Part shown: positions 58,979-64,000 of the stretch, piece after piece
How the letters are laid out: each line of letters starts with the position of its first letter
How positions within the stretch are numbered: position 1 is the stretch's first letter
Source of the DNA: Nemertoderma westbladi
Lineage: Eukaryota > Animalia > Xenacoelomorpha
Assembly (NCBI GenBank): GCA_032718475.1
Contig: JAUCBJ010005958.1
Span: forward strand, 21,146-85,145
Reading direction: 5' to 3'
Length of the DNA: 64,000 nt
Notes under the pieces: generated by a model
What the model saw: the letters and a program-made list of their open reading frames with translations, nothing else
Told to the model about the DNA's origin: nothing
The model's database searches: none
Translations under genes and position numbers: made by a program

Positions 58979-61367
58979 CTAGAAAGCCAGTGACCCTTCG
59001 GGCCACGGCTTTCTAGTTCACAAGCCTATTCACCATTCCAAACATTAATTAATTAATTAACTTAACAAAACTTCATATGATTGAGAGTGTTCTCTCAAAC
59101 AAAAGGACTGATACTGTTTTACTTTTCAGATATCTACACTGGTCAACGTCCTTCACATAGATGTAGCCTTATGATGTAGTACAGTAGACCTCTGACAATT
59201 ATCAGTGTAAAAGCATTTTTAATAAATAAATGTGAGAATGTTTGTAGTTTTCAGATTCAGATTTTTCGCACCCTAGCAGTAGACTGGAAATCCGCAGACT
59301 GGTTAGGGTCCTCCCCATACAAACAGCCTATGGTCAAGCATGCCTTTCCCAAGTATAAGCAAAAAAGCATTAGAAACAATGAAATTGGAGAAGGATTTCA
59401 CTTGAGACATTTCACCCTCTAGCGGCAGACTGAGAAATTGCAGATTGGTCAGAGTTTTCCACAAACACGCAGTCTATGGTGTAGTAGACCTCTGACAAGT
59501 ATCAGCCTAAAAGCATTAGAAACAACGAAACGGGATAAGGTTTTCACTTTCAGACATTTCGCCCCCTAGCGGCCGAATGGAGAACTGCAGTTTGTTCGGC
59601 GTCTTACCTAGACACACCCTATGGTGTACTACACATCTGGCAAGTGTCAGCCTGAAATCATATTAATAACGAAATGGGATAAGGTTTTCACTTTCAGACA
59701 TTTTGCCCCCTAGCGGTAGACTGGATAAATGCAGACTGGTTCTAGCTCCTCCCCAAACACACAGTCTATGGTGTAGTAGACCTCTGCCAAGTATCAGCAA
59801 AAAAGCATTATAAACAATGAAATGCATAAAGGTTTTCACTTTCAGACATTGCGCCCCCTAGCGGCAGACAGAGCTATTGCAGATTGGTCTTAGTTCTCCA
59901 CAAACACGCAGTCTTTGATGTAGTAGACCTCTGACAAGTATCAGCCTAAAAACATTATAAACATCAAAATGGAATAATGTTTTCACGTTCAGACATTTCG
60001 CCCCCTAGCGGCCGAATAGAGAACTGCAGGTTGTTCGGCGTCCTCTCCAGACACACACCCTATGGTGTAATACACATCTGCCAAGTGTCAGCCTAAAAGC
60101 ATTATTAATAACGAAATGGATAAGGTTTTTACTTTCAGACATTTGGCCCCCTAGCGGCAGACTGGAGAAATGCAGACTGGTTCTAGCTCCTCCCCAAACA
60201 CGCAGTCTTGGTGTAGTAGACCTCTGCAAAGTATCAGCAAAAAAGCAGTATAAACAACGAAATGGGTGAAGGTTTTCACTTTCAGACATTGCGCCCCCTA
60301 CCGTCAGACAGAGGAATTTCAGATTATTCAGAGTTATCTACAAACACGCAGTCTATGGTGTAGTCGACTTCTGACAAGTATCAGCCAAAAACATTATAAA
60401 CATCAACATGGGATAAGGTTTTCACGTTCAGACATTTCGCCCCCTAGCGGCCGTAAAGAGAACTGCAGGTTGTTCGGCGTTCGGGATAAGGTTTTCACTT
60501 TCAGATATTTCTCCCCCTAGCGGCAGACTGGGGAATTGCAGATTATTCAGAGTTCTCTACAAACACGCAGTCTATGGTGTAGTCGACTTCTGCCAAGTAT
60601 CAGCCTAAAAGCATTATAAACAACGAAATGGGATAAGGTTTTCACTTTCAGATATTTCTCCCCCTAGTGGCAGACTGGGGAATTGCAGATTGGTCAGCAT
60701 CCTCCGAAAACACAGCCTATGGTGTAGTAGACCTCTGCCACGTATCAGCTAAAAGGCATTAATAATAACGAAATGGGAGAAGGTTTTCAGTTTCTGACAT
60801 TTCGCCCCCTAGCGGCAGACTGGAGAACTCCAGATTGATCAGTGTCTTCCCAAACACAAAGTCTATGGTCAGGAACGTATCTGCAAAGTATCATTTAGAA
60901 CAGATTGAGTCTGATGGTGCAACCGCTGTTATAGAGTTTCCTGCTGGTTGACAAATTTGGCTGAAAATGGTTATGGAATAATAGCCCAATTTGACCACAA
61001 ATACGCATTCACGCATAAATGATGCATAAAATTCGCCTCGATATAACGACGTTTCGCGTCCATGTACTCGGGGCAGTCTGCATCACGTAGATGCGCATCA
61101 AAAAGTAGCATAATAGTCGAGACTCAACATGTAGAGTGACAGAATGAACTGCTAGGCCTACTGCGCTACCGGTACCAAATTCACGAAATCTGCATTCACG
61201 CAAACAAACGCGTAAAATAAGACTCGAGATAGCGACAGTGCACGTGCTCGTGACGAGAGCTTTCGTTCGATGTATCGCAAGCTCAGATTGGTGCTTGTGT
61301 GTAGAAACGTATAGCTTGGACAGACAAACAAACAAACAGACAGACACATGATATTTATATATATAGA
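58979..61367 (-). mobile_element. Non-autonomous Helitron copy 1 with an internal 146-bp satellite array (~59120-60870)
   Basis: On the minus strand: 5'-TC start (61367-61366) followed by (TA)n and a TGTC/TGTT microsatellite; 3' hairpin GTGGCCCGAAGGGTCAC, then CTAG (58982-58979) followed by T. Confidence 0.8.
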
Positions 61368-64000
61368 CTAGAAAGCCTGTGGCCCTTCGGGCCACAGCTT
61401 TCTAGTGCACGTGCAGATGATATATGAATATGTGTGGGAGATTTGAGAACTGCATACGGAACAGACACCATCATTAAATAAAACACCACCCCCATAAGAG
61501 ATAACTGTCAAGTTTCAACTTTAGGCACATTGTAAACAACAAAATTTCCAGAAAATGATCACTTTCAGATCCACCCTCTACCTGCGGACTGGTGAAATGC
61601 AGACGGCGCTGCAGTTTGGTAAAGATGGGGTTTATGGTGAAGTAAAATGCCTGCCTTTCAAGTTTCAGCTTAAACAGATTGTAAATAACAAAATTGATGT
61701 AGATGTTCACATTCAGACATTTCACCCTCTAGCGGTAGACTGAAGAACTGTGGACGACTCTAGGACTCCGTAAAGATACAGAATATGCTGTAGTAGATTC
61801 CTGCCAAATTCCAGCTCAATAGGATTAAAAAGAACCAAATGGGATGAGGTGTTCACTATCAGATATGTCGCCCTCTAGCGGCAGATGGGGGGACTGTATA
61901 CAACTCTGTGACTCCGTAAAGGTACAGCCTATGCTGTAGTAGATGCCTACCAAGTTTCAGTCTAAACCGTTAGTAAATAACAAAGTTGGAGAAGATGTTA
62001 ACTTTCAGACATTTCACCCTCTAGCGGTAGACTGGGGAAGTGAATAGAATTCTGCAACCCCGTAAAGATACAGCCTATGATGTAGTAGATACCAACCAAG
62101 TTTCAGCTCAAAATGATTAAAAAGAACCAAATGAGATGAGGTGTTCACTATCAGATATGTCGCCCTCTAGCGGCAAATGGGGGGACTGTATACAACTCTG
62201 TAACTCCGTAAAGGTACAGCCTATGCTGTAGTAGATGCCTACCAAGTTTCAGTCTAAACCGTTAGTAAATAACAAAGTTGGAGAAGATGTTAACTTTCAG
62301 ACAATTCGCCCTCTAGCGGCTGACTGTGGAACTGTAGACGACTCTACTACTCCGCAAAGATATAGCCTATGCTATAGTAGATGTCTACCAAGTTTCAGTC
62401 TAAAAGGATTGTAAATAACAAAGTTGGAGGAGATGTTAACTTTCATACATTTCGCCCTCTAGCGGCAGACGCGGGTAATGTAGACAACTCTGCGCGACTC
62501 AGTAAAGATATAGCCTATGCTGTAGTACTGTAGATGCCTACCAAGTTCAGTCTAAATGGATTATAAATAACAAAGTTGGAGAAGATGTTAACTCTCAGAC
62601 ATTTAGCCCTCTAACGGTAGACTGGGGAACTGTGGACAACTCAGTGACTCCGGAAATATACAGCCTATGCTGCAGTATATAGCTACCAAGTTTCAGCTCA
62701 AAAGCATTAAAAACAACCCAATGAGATCAGGTTTTCACTATCGGACAATTCGCCCTCTAGCGGCAGATGGGGGAACTTCAGACGGCTCTGAGTATTACGT
62801 TGCAACGAGTTAGGGCGAGACCTATCTAACGAGCTATAGTAAGCGAGATTTCATCGAGATTAGATGTATAATATTAGATAAAATAATAATACAGTAAGTA
62901 TAGGCCTACAGAAATAATTATTTTACTTTTAATATTCATAACAGTAAAACAAAAATGTTATAAACCTCTCCTTCCATGCAACCAATGATTGAGAAAGCAG
63001 AATTACTCTTGAGCAATTCGCAACAGACAACCCAATCAGACATTGGGCCCCCTAGCGGTAGACTGGTGAAATGCAGACTGGTTCTAGCTCCACCCCAAAC
63101 ACGCAGTCTTTGTGTAGTAGACCTCTGCCAAGTATCAGCAAAAAAGCATTATAAACAACGAAATGGGTGAAGGTTTTCACTTTCAGACATTTGGCCCCCT
63201 AGTGGCAGACTGGAGAAATGCAGACTGGTTCTAGCTCCTCCCCAAACACGCAGTCTTTGTGTGGTAGACCTCTGCCAAGTATCAGCAAAAAAGCATTATA
63301 AACAACGAAATGGGTGAAGGTTTTCACTTTCAGACATTGCGCCCCCTAGCGGCAGACAGAGGAATTGCAGATTGCTCAGAGTTCTCCACAAACACGCAGT
63401 CTATGGTGTAGCAGACCTCTGCCAAGTATCAGCAAAAAAGCATTATAAACAACGAAATGGGTAAGGTTTTCACTTTCAGATATTTCTCCCCCTAGCAGCA
63501 GACTGGGGAATTGCAGATTGGTCAGCATCCTCCGAAAACACACAGCCTATGGTGTAGTAGACCTCTGCCACGTATCAGCTAAAAGGCGTTAATAATAACG
63601 AAATTGGAGAAGGTTTTCAGTTTCTGACATTTCGCCCCCTAGCGGCAGACTGGAGAACTGCAGATTGATCAGTGTCCTCCCAATCACACAGTCTATGGTC
63701 GGGAACATATCTGCAAAGTATCATTTAGAACAGATTGAGTCTGATGGTACAACCACTGTTATAGAGTTTCCTGCTGGTTGACCTGTAATTTGGCCGAAAA
63801 ATGGTTAGGCCTATGGAATAATAGCCCAATTTGACCACAAATACGCATTCACGCATAAATGATGCATAAAATTAGCCTCGATATAATAACGTTTCACGTC
63901 CATGTGCTCGGGGCAGTCTGCATCATGTAGATGCGCATCATAAAGTAGCATAATAGTCGAGACCCAACGTGTAGAGTGACAGAATGAACTGCTAGGCCTA
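61368..64000 (-). mobile_element. Helitron copy 2 (runs off the window) with 146-bp satellite arrays (~61540-62790 and 63040-63720)
   Basis: 3' CTAG at 61368-61371 with hairpin CTGTGGCCC-GAA-GGGCCACAG; 63690-64000 is nearly identical to 60870-61160. Confidence 0.8.

Noticed and set aside
34-63170. Remaining short (60-130 aa) ORFs in the ORF track
   Set aside because: No recognisable motifs; most lie in repeats or antisense to real ORFs, and many use non-ATG starts.

Overview
AT-rich, repeat-dominated animal (probably invertebrate) genomic DNA; this is not a prokaryotic window. There are two intronless host genes: a secreted TP53I13/DUF3105-like protein (5041-5919, -) and an SLC8/NCX Na+/Ca2+ exchanger (51476-54184, +). 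A lone, divergent 5S rRNA copy is also present. The rest is a mosaic of mobile DNA: an intact CRE-like RLE retrotransposon, two RTE-like families, an L2 fragment, an RTEX-like LINE, a Penelope RT remnant, non-autonomous Kolobok-, piggyBac- and P-type elements with recognisable TIRs/TSDs, several MITEs/foldbacks, and head-to-tail Helitrons carrying a 146-bp satellite. Three observations stand out: (1) a TSD-flanked foldback (15829-16259) whose two arms each hold a tRNA-like Pol III unit with a minimal hammerhead ribozyme motif in the anticodon-arm position; (2) an in-frame insertion of about 28 x 8 aa inside the RT core of the CRE-like element; (3) tandem Helitrons carrying 146-bp satellite monomers with CTCF-like motifs. 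All calls were made by eye; family assignments rest on remembered motifs, not on database searches.
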